NCBI GenBank assembly: GCA_013239625.1
Contig: MU053588.1
Location: 3,748,799 to 3,812,798 of the forward strand
DNA: 64,000 bases
Reading direction: 5' to 3'
Source: Lama guanicoe
Lineage: Eukaryota
The notes beneath the pieces were generated by a model that saw only the letters and a program-made list of their open reading frames with translations, did no database searches and was not told the origin of the DNA. The position numbers and the translations under genes are program-made. This document shows, piece by piece, positions 12,774 to 25,576 of the stretch. How positions within the stretch are numbered: position 1 is the stretch's first letter; each line of letters starts with the position of its first letter.

Positions 12774-15700
12774 ATGAGGCTCTTCATGAAACCCGAGACC
12801 TTCCTGATGGCCTCTGCACTGCTCTGTGCTCTCCTAGGTCTGGGTAAGTGACCAGCGGTCTGGACTCCTTGGACCCTAGGAAAGAAAACTATGAGACAGC
12901 ATTCAGCAAGGTCCCCTGGGGGGAAGAGGAGCTGTCCTGGAATTTCAGATTCAAGGCAAAGGTAGAGACTAAGAGAAAACCTGGGGCCAGAAGTGGGAAT
13001 AGCTTAAAAACTCCTGTGATTGAATCCCTGAGAAAGGAGGGGGCTTGATGGGCTCTGAATTCTCTGTCCACCAGCAAGATCTCAAAATAAGGCGTCTGAA
13101 TTCTAGAAAATCAGAGGATAGCATGATTAGAAAGGGAAACCTTTAAAAAAAATTGGGAGAGGGGAGATTTCCTTTCTCCCAGGGCTTTAGGGAGTTCAGG
13201 TCTCTGGCCCTCTCCTCCCTTAGATGCAGGAGTTCAGGCAAGCCCCACTTTCCCCAGGACCCACATGTCAGGATCCCCAGTTGCCTCCTCTGTCAGGACC
13301 AAGGAGTCCATGCACGCCCCTGCCCTCTTGGCCCTCACTCTCCCTTCTTGACTTGGAGTGCAGATCCCAGCCTCAGGCACCCCTGCCTGAGCTCCTACTG
13401 TCCACAAGACCTACTCAGGGTACCTGCGAAGAAGAGGGCCCCATGTTCAGTTGGACCTGAAGCTGTCTGAAAGTCCACGGAAAGCTTCACCAGGACCCCT
13501 CCCTGTCCCCAAGCTTTCTCAGAGGTCCCTCATATCCAAAGTCCCTAGCCTTGTAATTAGGTAAATAGGTTCCATGGTGGAGTCGCTTCCTGCCCCTGAA
13601 AGCAGCTTTGCTGGCAGCGCCACTGCCTTCCTGCCAGAGCTTCAGACATTTCCCTGGACTGCAGACAATGACCTGCCCATGAACCATCAGGGAGGCACCT
13701 GACCTTCCTCCCTCAGACCCCTTGCTCTCATCTCCCTCTGGACTCCGAAGTGGAAATCTTGGCCCACAGACCATACCACCCTTGACTAGAGCCCCTCTCT
13801 CTACCCCGCAGGGTACCCACTAAGCTGTGAGGTGTGTACGGGCTCCGGACCCACCTGCAGTGGAAGTGTGAAGACTTGCGACGCCGATCAGGACTCCTGC
13901 GTGGTCATCGTGGCTGAGACAAGCAAAAGTAAGAAAGAGGGCAGGGCGTGGCTTCAGATCCTGGGGAGCGGGGCATGCCTTCAGGGTCGCAGTTACCACC
14001 ACGCGCACTGGGAGGAGCCCTCGCGAGGGGAGCGGGCAGGAAAGAGGGAAAGACAATCTCGAAGTGGATGAAGAGAATTTGGATGACAGAAATCACTGTT
14101 GTCAGGGATTTTGGAAAATAAGACTCCAAAAGAAAAGTGGGGGGGGCAGATATGGAGACTTTCTTAGGCAGGAGGGGATTAGGAAAGGAAAGGATATGGG
14201 GAATAGAGAAGTGGAGAGAGGGGAAAAGTCTGAAATGCAAGAGGTGGAGGGGGTTATAGAGGAGAAGAAAGAGACTGGAGTGGGTTGGAAGGAATTGTGA
14301 TCACGTTGAACATTTGGGGCAGTGGGTAGGAATCGATCAAACGATGGTGGAGGAGACTACCCCAGGGATGGAGGGTAGTGCGAGTTGGAAGCGACTATTC
14401 CTGACAGGAGGAGGAGAGATGATATTGGGGTAGAGGGAGAGGTATAAAAGGGAAGATAATCCTGAAGTATGGCGCAAATCATCGCAGAGAACTGGAGATG
14501 GGGCAGTGGGGAGGCGCATGGGTAAAATGGGAGCGAAGCGGCAAGACTTAATGGAAGGGCCTATCCCTGACTTGAGAATGGACAGGCGAGAAGGAAGCAA
14601 AGGAAGAAATCACTGGCGGGGCCGGGGGAGGGTTTATTCAAAGCTGAAAGACATCCAGAGACCCTTAGTCGAAGGAAGAGAGATGGTGGGGCAGGCACAG
14701 GGTGGGATGGGAGAATGGAGGCTGTGACCTGAGGTTAAGGGCAAAGTAGAGTGTAGGAAGGAACCATCCCGACCGGAGAGGGTGTGTAAAGAAGAAGAGA
14801 TGGAAGACTGGGGAGAGCGAAGGTTTTGAAGGCTGGAAGAGACCATTTCACACAGTCATGGGGGTAGCCATAGGCTCCTGGAAAAAGACCACTACAGGCA
14901 GGACTCTTAGAGGATGGCAGTGGGGTGGGTGCAGGGGAAGAGACCCTGTCAGGCCAGTACCAGGGCTTGCCAGTGGTAATTGCAAGGGACCACTGAAGTC
15001 TGAAAGGGGTGGGGTAGGTTGGAGGCAGATAAGGGGGTATGACTTTGGGGGGCTGGAGAAGACCACCCTAGACAGCCGCAGGCTGGGGCAGGTGTGATGC
15101 TGGGAGACACCTGGAGGCCTGGGGTCGAGGCCAGGGTCCCCGAACCCTCCCTCCTCCCCACCCTGCAGAGAGCTACCGGTCAGTGAACACCCACAAGGGA
15201 TGCATCAAGTCCAGCGCCTGCAGCACTGGTATCCTCTCCATCACTGTGGGCCCTGAGAACTACATGGTGTCCAACACACACTGCTGCCAGAGCGATGGCT
15301 GCAACCATGATGCGGTGCCTGGTAAGTGCCAGCTCGGCGTCCCTGCCTGCCCGCCCAGTGTGCTGGCCCACCACTGGCCCATGCTAGAACACTGGGCAAG
15401 CATCTTCCTTGCTCTCAGCCTCTGTTTTCTCACCTGTAAATTGCAGTGTCCACTAGCAACCTGTGTCCCCTGGGGTTGTTATGAATTTGGGAAAGGGTTT
15501 AATGTCACTGTGCACCCTCCTCTCCAGCTCCCCAGAACAATCGTACTGAGAACGGCCTCCAGTGCCCTACCTGCATCGCACCCTTCAAGGAAACATGCTC
15601 CTCGACTAAGGAAGTCCTCTGTGTTGGCCAGGAAACCCACTGCGTCGCCTTTGTTGGCAAAGTGCAGGCTGGTGAGGGACACCTGGCTTTCTGGAGGAGG

Positions 15701-16006
15701 GGATGGGGGCCCCAGAACTGAAGGTCCATACTTCCAGATTCAAGGGGAGTTAGTGGCTCCAGAGAACTGGGTGAGGAGGTGGTAGGGGCATGCCCCCCGG
15801 GTCATGAGGATGGAGGGATTGGATGAAGACCCTGACTCCAGTCCGAAATCCCCCTCCCAGGTATCAAGTTTGCTACTCAGGGCTGTGCTACAAAGAATAC
15901 CTGCCACACCAAGCCTGGGACCCTGGTGCCCTCAGCTTCCCACACCTATGTCATCAGCCAAGTCAACTGCCTCCCAGGCCCCCAGCCTTCTGACAAGGCT
16001 AAGTGA
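12774..16006 (+). CDS. PINLYP: Phospholipase A2 inhibitor and LY6/PLAUR domain-containing protein (209 aa, signal peptide plus two LU domains)
   Basis: Exons 12774-12843, 13812-13928, 15169-15321, 15528-15671 and 15861-16006 total 630 nt, with GT-AG phase-1 introns. Protein reads [32 protein letters not shown]...CCQSDGCN...NGLQCPTC...GCAT..., the Ly6/uPAR cysteine pattern. ATTAAA at 16074-16079. Confidence 0.93.
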
Positions 16007-19000
16007 AGAACTGGGGCATCTGTGGCATTTGATCTCCATTTGTCCTCATCTACAGCTTCCCATGTGCCTATAAATTAAACAGTTTAACCAAGCACGTCTG
16101 AGTCCTTGTGATGTGATGCATCTCAGGGAGGTGAGATGCCAAAGCAGGGGTCTCAACCCTTGGGAACCCTCTTTCTGGAAGGAAGATCCTACCTTTTATT
16201 AAGGGATTACTCCCTGCCAGTCCCCTGTGCTAAGTGTTTTTCATGCTGTACTTCATTTCATAATCCCAACAAACTCTGTAGTTGAAAATATTATTCCCAT
16301 TTTACAGATGAACAAACTGAGATGCAGATTGCAGTGTCACTTGCCTTGTGTCAAACAGCTAGGGATGGTCAGACTCCAGAGTCCATGATCACCTCTCTTG
16401 ATTAACCTCTCCCTCTTTTTGCCTCAGTTTTCATGTCTGCAAAATGTGGATATTAATAGTTATAATCTCATAGTGGCTGTCTTGAGTCAAATGAAAGAAA
16501 ACTACAAAGCACTCAGTGCAGTGCCTAGCACCTTTAAGACAATGTTGGTTCTAGAGACAACGTGTCTGAGCAAATAGTAATCATCGTAATAGCTGCCACT
16601 TAGTGCGTGGCCATTCATTGGCAGGTGCTCCACCTTGGCATCAATCAGGACAGACTGGATTATGCTACAGTAACAAACAAGTCCCTAATCTCAGTGCTTT
16701 AAAACCACAAAGTTGTATTAGTCAATTTGTGCTGCAATAATGCTGTGTAACAAACTGTCCCTAAACTGAGACTTGTAACAACAAGCATCCTTTTTTCTAA
16801 TAGTTTGTAGGGGCTCTGCTTCTGACTGTACATTGGTGGCAGTCTGGGAGGGGGATTCAAGTCCTTCTCCATGGGATTCCACGGTCTTCTGGGATCAGTG
16901 GCTCCCTGGCTAATGTTCTTCTCATGCTCAATCACAGGGGAACAAAAACCAAGTGCACCAAAGGCCCCCACCAAGGTTGAGCATATGGTCAAAGCCAACA
17001 TCAGTGGAGCAGGGAAGTGTACTCATCCTCCAGTGGGAGGGAGAAGAGTGGTATTTGCTGAAGAAGCACCCATTCCCAAAAAGTTGATTCACCCTTCACC
17101 ATCCACATCTAGCACCATCCACAGGGCATTCTGCTCATCATAATCATAGAACAGCCACCAGCTTGAACAATGCCCGATTTCTGTGCACAGGAGAGAGCCC
17201 AGGAAAGTTTCACATCAGTGATTAGATGCTGTGACTTGGAAGTGACTTGACACAACTCACTGGATGGAACTAGTCACAGGACCCTGCCAAACCCCACGGG
17301 GAAGGGGGAAGGAAGTGCAGTGTGGCTCCTAATCACCACCCCCACCGCCGGACATGTTTCACAAATGAATGGCAACCATGACCTCTTAGAGGCCGTTTCT
17401 CATTTTATCTTCACAACTGCTCCATATGATAGGTGCTATTACTCTCCTTGTTTTCAGGAGAGGAATCTAAAGCTCAGCGAAGGAGCATCACATTGGAGGT
17501 CACACAGCTAAAAAGCGGCAGATTTTAAGATGTTAATCACTGGGTCACGTCGAGGGAGAGACCACATCAGTGAGAGAGGGAACAAGCCTGTATCAGTTAT
17601 CTCTTGCTACATAACAAACCACTCCAAATTTCAGTTGCTTAGAGTAATTGCCTTTTATTTAGCTCATTTGGTGGGTTGGCAATTTGGTCTGGATCAGCTG
17701 GGTGGTTCTTCTACTGATCTCTGCTGGGCTCAGCTGCCAGTCAGCTGGGCAGCTCTGTTTCACACGGTTGACACTGGCTGGAGTGTCAAGGCTGACTGAG
17801 CCACATGTCTCTTATCACCCAGCAGGTTAGCCTGGACTTCTTGATGTGGTAGTAGTGGTGGCAAGGGTCCCCAGGACAGCAAGAGAGGAAGGAACTTTTC
17901 AAGCCTCTGCTTGTATCATGTTTGCTATTGTTTCAGGGGCCATGCATATTACGTGGCCAGGTCTAGAGTCAAGATGAGAAGGGACTATCCAAGGGTGTGG
18001 CTACAGAGAAGCTGAACACATTGGGGGTATGAATGGGCCACACTGGTTCCTGGCAAAGATGCTTTACCACCACAGCCCCCAAGGTCTAAATAATTACTAG
18101 TCCACCCCACCTCCTTCAGGATGGCAAAACTCAGATAAAGTCTCTTGATTCTGGCCCAAGGGATTCTATCCTGCACAGACCACCCCACTTTTGTATCTCC
18201 TCTCCAGGGACCCAACCTTGGACCCCTCCTTCCTCAGACCCAGGAGTCTAGGCTCCTAGCTCATCAAAATCCCAAGCATCTTTTCCCCCCTTTCAATTCC
18301 CAAAGAACAGACACACAATGGGGTTTCTACTTATTTTTATTCACTCCTTCAAAAAGCACCACAGGCCAACCCACCCTTGATTCGCCCACCCTTCAAGGCT
18401 CCCCATCCCCATGGACACTGGACACAAGCCTCTCCATCATCATCCAGACAAGTATGAACCACAGCTCAAATGATGAGTCTTTTGTTCCTATCCTGCTTCT
18501 GGCGATGGCAACACCAAGATTCATTGTACCTTACCTTGAATTTCTGCATTCAAGGGTCTTCCAGCCTGGAAGTGCCACGTAGACACCCCCAGATGGCAGC
18601 CAGTGATCCACCCACAAGGAAGTCTCAGTCTTTTTTCCTTGGATGCTCCTAAAGACAGATGCCTCACTAGCAACTTGCTGCCTTTGCAGAGCCTAAAATT
18701 CAATCCCTTCAAAAGTATAATTGAAAAGGCAATCACTCCAAGAGATAGCCATGACACCCAGGAGTGCCTAAATACAACTACCTAAACACAATCAGCACAC
18801 TCCACCACGGACAGCGACACAACAACAAACCTGGGTCTTGATCTCAGGCATGATTCACATTGGCCAGGGGGCAAAGGGAATTTGTAAAAGGGGAGCGCAG
18901 GGCAGAGATGTCAGACAGGACCAAGTCAGAGATGGTGCCAAAGTGGCAGAAGAAGAGGAGGGCACTCTGAGCAAAGGCATGAAAGTGAGACAGACACTCA

Positions 19001-19289
19001 GACTAGGGTCGTCTTCATGCTGCCTGGGCTGAGGGTGTGTGTGCAAGGACAGCAAGACTAACGTTTGAGCTCCCAGTGTGCCAGGCTTCTCAGCAGCGGC
19101 TTCAAGTACATTGATATGCATGAGAGAGAAGGTATGTATGTACGTACATACACTGAATTCTCACAATAGCCCTGTGAGGTAGATGCCATGTGCCGAGTGA
19201 CTTGCCCAAGGTCACCCCCAGAGTCAGTAGAAGGGCTGTCTGACCCTAGATCAATCCGAATAGAATTTCCTGTAATAATGGAAGTGCTG

Positions 19290-19740
19290 TAGGGCTGTGC
19301 TGTCCAATACTGGAGCCACTCACCACGTATGGCTGGTGCAACTGGGAAACCGAAGTTTACATTTTACTTACTTCTAATTAATGTAAAAATGGCTACTCAG
19401 CTCAGTTATTGGAAAACCATTCAAAATGATTGTGATGACTTGGGTATACAAATCAACTTCTTCACATAGGAGTTTTATGAAATCTAAATACGGGTCAAGA
19501 ATTTCTGATGAGAATTCATTGTCTGAATTGAGATGTGCTGCGAGAAATACACACCAGATTTCAGAGACTTGGCATGAGAAGAATGTAAAATATCTCATCA
19601 GTACTTTTCTATACAGATTCCATGTTGAAATGGTAATATTTTGGATATCCTGGGTGAAGGGAAACATATTAGAATTAGTTTCATCTGTTTCCTTTTCCCT
19701 TTTTAACGTGGCTCACGTTTTATTTCTACTAGACAGCACT
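19290..19740. mobile_element. hAT-Charlie DNA transposon relic (MER33/MER3-like)
   Basis: Starts gtgctgtccaata and ends ctagacagcact, which are inverted termini. Confidence 0.55.
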
Positions 19741-22700
19741 GCTCCACACCTCTCTGCTCCTGCACGTGGCAGGTGGGCTTGATGGAGAGGCTTGAATGTG
19801 GACCGAGGAGAGGCGTAGACAGCGTTGTACTGGGTATTACAGATACAGATGAGTAACGTTCTCCTAAGGCTGAAAAGAGCTTTGAGGACAATGCCTGGAG
19901 CCCTTCAGTATTGAGCTAAATGCCTTTTCCCATCTTGGCTGTCTCAACTCTGATGGGACAGATTGTGCCCGTGGTGGGAGTTCAAGGTGGAATGGGGGGA
20001 ATCATCCCTCAAGCACCCGTCCCTCAGGTTGGCTACCCTTGTCTTCAGCTGTCAAAGGAAATAGGATCCCAGGAGTATTTCTGGTCCTCGTCCAGCCCTT
20101 TCATGTCACAGATGGAAGATAAGGCACTGGCCCAGGTCACCCACAGAGACAGTGGCAAAGCTGTGCTTGCTTCCCAGGCCCCTTCACCTGACAGGGGCTT
20201 TCTCTCCCATGATACGCCTTTTCTCCCCTATCTCACTCCTTTCCTGTATTGTGACCAGAGGCCCAACAACCTAAATTCCAGCCCTAGTTCTGCCACTGAT
20301 TAATGAATTAAAATAAATATTTACTAAGCACCGTCTGTATGTCAAAGCGCTATCCTAGGTACTGGGGATACAGCACAGAACAAGACAGGCACGGGGATAA
20401 TAGCCAATAAACAGGTAAATAAATAAGGAATTTTTCTATGGGAATAATTGCTACAAGGAAAATTAACCGGCTGAGATGAATAACTGAATACTGGGGGTGG
20501 GGGTGTGAGCTACTTTAGTTAACAGTGGTCAGGGAAGGCCTCTCTGAGGGGACATCTGAGCTGAGACCCGATTGACAAGAAGGAGCCAGTCATGGGAAGA
20601 TCTGGGGGCAGAGCATTCTGGGCAGAAGTAACAGAAAGTGCAGAGGTCCTAAGGCAGGACCCCGGTGGCCCACTCAAGTATCAGACAGAAGATCTATCAG
20701 GTTGGTTGGGGATGGGATGGGGCAGGGAATGAGAACAGGCAGGGGCCTTGTTGTGGGCTGTTGAGCCTCAAGCCTGCCCTCTCTGGGCTTTGCCCTCCCC
20801 ATCTAATATAACAGATTCTACCGGATGGCCTGTCAGGTCCCCCTTTTCTATTTTTGACATTGAAGAATTCTGTGGCTTCTTCTCTACATGTAGCTGGCAG
20901 CCTAGAACATTCCAGGCACCGTGCTTTTTGCCTTTGCCTCACTATAGCACTTTCCCATGGTCTGGAACACCTGCCCAGTGGTTCTGTGGGTCCCCTGCTC
21001 CCTGCAGTGTTCTCTGTGTACACCAGAAGGCAGCGTTCTCTGTGTCCCTCTCGGGGATCTCTGAGGTAGCCAACACAGAAACGTTTGGACTAGTGCAGCA
21101 GTACAGCTGCTTCTCCAAAAAGGCAGGTGTACAAAATACCAAGGCCAGAAAGGGTTAATGTTTAATGACAGAAGAAACCAAGACCCCTAAAGAAGAGAGG
21201 GATAGGGGAACAGACTCCCCAGAAAGCTCCATAATCGCTCAGCACCTGTAAAATAGGGGCAGTCATATCCCTTCCCAGGCAAACAGAGAAAGGCAGTTGC
21301 CAGAACCCAGATCCATTAGGGATTTGGGGACAACATCTCTGAGGCACGAGTTTCTGCCTTTCCACACCCAGAAGGCCTCATTCCTAATCTCTGCTACCCT
21401 CAGAGTCCACCATGTCCGGACCTCTTGCTTCCTCCTCTTATTTTTGTGGTACCATCCTCCCCAGAGGATGGGAAAGAAATTTGAGTCCCCAGGTCCCCAG
21501 AGGAACAAATAGTAGACACCCCTCTATTCTCCAAGAGGGACCAAAGGGTCCCCAGCTCTCTCACACAGCCCACCTGTTCCCTTCTCCCACCACCCAGGAA
21601 TTAGGAACCAAGGTCCCAGCCTTCTTGGGAGCCATAAGTCTGAGACCCCAGTAAAGTTTCAAAGCTCACTGCCTCTTGAGGAACTGGGAGGCTGCATGCA
21701 GGCCTAGCCCCACCCAGGAAACCTAGACCTTATATCCCTTTGTGGCTCAGAAGTCCAAGATTCCAGCTCCCCAGGGAACCCAGACACCCCACCCCCCATG
21801 CTGCAATCACCCTTCATCAAGAATCAGGGCTTCTACCCCCTCTCCCCCTGGAGGACTAGACATCTAATAGATCCAGTGTCCACTCCCTCGGAGACCAAGA
21901 TATGTCCCCTTCTAGGAGTCCACATCCTGTGGCTCCCAGAGAAACCAGGAGTCCTGTCCCCCAAACTCTATTCCCCTTCAGGACCTAGGAATCCTGGTGA
22001 CTAGATGTCACACATCTCTACCGGTAGTCAGAGCCCTCATCCCCTTCAAGCACCCAGGATTCCGAGAGGCGGCCCCCTGCTCTGTTATCTCACAGGCCCA
22101 GACATCCCATGCTAGAGTCTGGACCACCCCCATGCCCTCTCCCTCCAACCGGGACTTGGAGTCCGCAGCCGCTGACAGAGTCGGGCAGCCGGGACCCAGG
22201 GCACCCCGGTCCTCAACCCACCTCTCACTGCGCGGGCACCTGTGGTGCCAGCACTGCCTCGGCGTCGGCCCGCATCTCGTCGAGCGCCTGCAGCAGGACG
22301 CCGTGCGCCGCGCGGTAGCCCAGGCCGCCGGTGGCCGCCGCGCCGCCCGCGGGCCACAGGAAGGAGAGCGCGCCCAGCGCCGCGCCCCCGGCGGTGCCCT
22401 CGCCCGCCCACGAGCCCAACCTCGCCTCGACTTCAGCGCGCGTCACCGGACCCGGGAAGCGCGTCCGCTCGGCCAGCACCCCTGGCGCCAGACCCAGCGC
22501 GCGCTCGCGTCGTGCCAGCGCCGCGGGTTCGAGCCCCAGCGCCCGCCGCCACTCCGCCAGCTGACCGCGCAGGAGCGCCACGTCGCACGCCCAGCCCAGC
22601 CCTGGTACTGGAGCTGCCGCCGCCGCCAGGCTCGCTAGCAGGGCCGGCCGCCACGCCCCGGCCCGCAGCGCCGCAGCCTTGGTTCGGGCTGCGCGGGGAG

Positions 22701-23205
22701 ACACGGGTGGCAGCGCCAGCAGCAGCGCTCCTGCCTGGGCCGGGGGCAGCGCGCGCCGCAGCCACTCGCACAGCCCCGGGAGTCCGCCCGGCCGCAGCGG
22801 GAACACCGGCGGCGGCGCCTCCTCCAGCACCTCCCACGTCTCGTCCTCTGGGCCCAAGGCGGCCGCGCGCTCTGAGTCCCCGCTGCCTGATATCTTCACG
22901 CCCACGCCAACCGGCTGCAAACTCTCGCTGCCTGCTTCCTCTGAACCTTCCCCGCCACCTGCTTTCTGCGATCCGGGGCCACGTTTCTCCCTTTCCTCAC
23001 TGCGTGCGTTCTCCACATCCCTTCCGCCGGCGTTTTCTAAGCTCTCGCCGCTGGGCTGCTCCGCTGTTTCTTCTTCTTCCAGAGCCTCCGGATCCTCGCC
23101 CTCGCCGTCTGTTCGCACGCAGACCAGCGGCGCATCTGGTAGCACCAAGGGCCGGACCCGGGCCCAGTCCTTCTCAGTGGGGGCCCCAGGGGTGACAAGG
23201 ATGAG

Positions 23206-23482
23206 ACCGTCATAGTGGGTTGGGCGGGGGGTGGCATCAGTGCCCTCGGAGCCCAGAGGCGTGGGCCCCTTGGGCGCCGACGCAGGCACCGCACTTGGGT
23301 CTTCAGGATCTAACCCGAGTAAGCGTCATAGTGGGTTGGGTGGGGGGTGGCAGCAGTGCCCTCGGAGCCCAGAGGCACCGTCCAGAGCACCACGTTGGGG
23401 CGCTCTGGGGCCGGGTAGGGCGTGGGCCCCTCGGGCGCCGACGCAGGCACCGCACTTGGGTCTTCAGGATCTAACCCGAGTA
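23206..23482 (-). repeat. Tandem duplication inside the last IRGQ exon (116-bp copy 23206-23321, 161-bp copy 23322-23482)
   Basis: The copies differ by a 45-bp deletion and 4 substitutions. Confidence 0.93.
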
Positions 23483-24551
23483 GCAAGTCCAGCACAAGGC
23501 CCATGTCAGCCCTACCCGCCACGGCCAGGTCCAGACGCGCGCTGCCCAGTCGCTCCAGGCCGGCGCGAACCCACGACAGCGCCGCCTCCAGGCCACCGGT
23601 CTCGAAGGCCTCGCGCACAGCCTCCAACTCTGCAGCGCCCAGGACCTCAAAGCCATCCTGAGCGGGTGGCAGGAGCCTGCGGGGACAGGGAGGGATGGGA
23701 TCAAGAGCAGAAGAGGGACTAAGTGGTGGGAAGCTGGGCTAGGGGGACAGGATTGGGTTATGAAAAGGGCGAATCTTTCCGAATAAGCAGGAAAGGGAGG
23801 GGCCAGACTAATGCCACAGAAAATAGAAACCAGGGACATGAAGAAAAGGGCTTTAAAGCAGGGACAGGATGGCTAGATTGAAATCAGGTTTCCAACAGAA
23901 CCTAAAATGGAGACCTGACAAAGTCTTTCCCGGGCTCACACTCTTTGGGAGCTGGGCTTTCCGAGGGACCTGCTGGATTAAGAAAAGGCTGTACTGGGCG
24001 GGGCAAAACTCAGAGAGAGAGGGGCTTGGAGCAAAGGCAGAATTGCGACTGTATTGTGGACTAAACGAAAACTGGGCCCTATTCAACAAGGTCAAGGTCA
24101 CCAAGGGCACTCTTTTCTGAATAAGGAGTTGGGTAAAGACCAGTGAAGGGAAAAGCCTCATCTACTAGTTCTCACCAAGAGGGAGGAGAGGCTGCCCTTC
24201 CCTGAGCTTCGTTTTGATGTCTATAAAACGAGGCCGCTCGGCGTTGGGGGAGAAAATTCAGCAAGTGGGCACAGAAACGAGAGGGGATTAGAGAAAGGAA
24301 GTGGGGGAGGGCACCCAGAAACAACAAAGCTCGCTGAGGATGTGGCTTTCTGGAGACTGGGGTCGCTTGAGAGCCAAGCTGATGGCGGGGAGGAGGGTGA
24401 AGACGGGACAGAGTGAGAGCTCCTTCACAGTTTTGCCTGGGGGAAGTATTTGGGCGCGAGGTCCCGGCCTCTCTCAGAATTCTCGCGAGGAAGCGCGCCT
24501 TGCGACCTCAGAGCACTCGCAGGAGGCAGAACCTGGATGACAGGTCGGGAC

Positions 24552-24650
24552 TTCTAGCTGATCCTTGGCTGGGGCCTCTGCAGCGCCTCCGCCTGGCTCC
24601 GCAGCGCCGTCCGCAGGCGCTCCAATTTCTAGCTGATCCTTGGCTGGGGC
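24552..24650 (-). repeat. 49-bp copy of the IRGQ coding-exon 3' end (24576-24624 = 24897-24945) between 24-bp direct repeats (24552-24575, 24627-24650)
   Basis: Direct sequence comparison; 2 extra nt (AT, 24625-24626) at the right junction. Confidence 0.95.
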
Positions 24651-25429
24651 CTAGATGACAAAAAAGAGTCAAGCACCGAGCACTAGCTTGGGGTGGAGCC
24701 TCGCGGACCTCAAAACCTGAGCTGAGGGGTGGGGCCTGGATGAGGGAGCAGGGCTTCTAGCAGATACCCCGTTAGCAGGCCCCAAACTCGCTGGGGGCGG
24801 GGTCTCACGGACCTCAAAGAACACCCTCAGGGATGGGAGGTATAGACTAAATAAAGCTCCAGGCCTCTTCAGACCACCCTGAAACGCCGCGCTCACCTCT
24901 GCAGCGCCTCCGCCTGGCTCCGCAGCGCCGTCCGCAGGCGCTCCAGCTCCTCGCAGCCGTCGCTGCTGCGGCAGTCTGTCGGTACCACGAAGAGAGCCGC
25001 GGCTCCCAGCCCAGCGCTGTCCAGCAGGGCCGCTGTCTGATTCCGGGCCTGAGCTTCATTCTGTGAGTCCACAGGACGGAGGTTCCGCACAGCCAGCAGC
25101 GGGGTTCCTCGGGCTAGGGCGGCCCGTGCTGCCTCCCCCAGCTCTGGAGCCAAGGGCTCCCCATTCCCCTCCGGTCCGGGCAGCACCAGTACCAGCACGT
25201 TGGCCTCCGCTTTCCCAGGGCCCCGGCGCTGCGGGTGGACAGCTCAGCTCGCCCAGGAAGAGGCCAGGACCCGCAGCTCTCAAGCTGGGGAGCCCGGAAT
25301 CCGGCCGTCCGTCGGGGATCTCTACCGTCTCCACATCCTTGTCGCACAGCGCTGCGATCAGCGCAGACTTTCCTGAGCCCGGAGGCCCGAGGAACAAGAC
25401 CGTCACGTCACCCCGCGGCGTAGGCATAG

Positions 25430-25576
25430 CGAGCAGACAGCCGGCACACGGGAGAGCGCAGTCAGCAGCCGATCAGCCGATGAGAAGCCCCGCCCCTGGG
25501 GTCTGAGAACGGAGGCCGAAGAGGCTAGAAAGCCGTGATTTGGGGACGCCCAGACGCTTTCCGGGGGCTCTAATCT
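25430..25576 (-). repeat. 147-bp exact duplicate of IRGQ exon 1 fused to the first coding exon
   Basis: Identical to 25885-26031 by direct comparison. Confidence 0.95.

Larger units (their letters stand above)
22225..25427 (-). pseudogene. IRGQ: Immunity-related GTPase Q, reading frame disrupted as assembled
   Basis: Coding exons 24897-25427 (MPTPRGDVTVLFLGPPGSGKS...EALQR) and 22225-23676 (LLPPAQDGFEVL...AEAVLAPQVPAQ*). Identity as IRGQ is clear. There is a +1 frameshift at 25211-25213 and a 116-bp frameshifting duplication at 23206-23321 with a TAG at 23310-23312. Could be an intact gene with assembly errors. Confidence 0.8.

Noticed and set aside
15183..15785. 200-aa ORF as a single-exon gene
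   Set aside because: It is PINLYP exon 3 read through into the intron; the spliced model explains the Cys-rich part.
23377..23421. 45-bp deletion in the IRGQ duplicate as a spliced-out cryptic intron
   Set aside because: The ends are not GT-AG on either strand; a 3-bp GCC microhomology explains it better.
21997..23722. Long plus-strand ORFs (213, 317, 178 and 163 aa)
   Set aside because: Stop-poor shadow frames of the very GC-rich IRGQ exon.
23310..25213. Compensating frameshifts restoring IRGQ
   Set aside because: The +1 frame hits a stop at 25056, long before the second shift.
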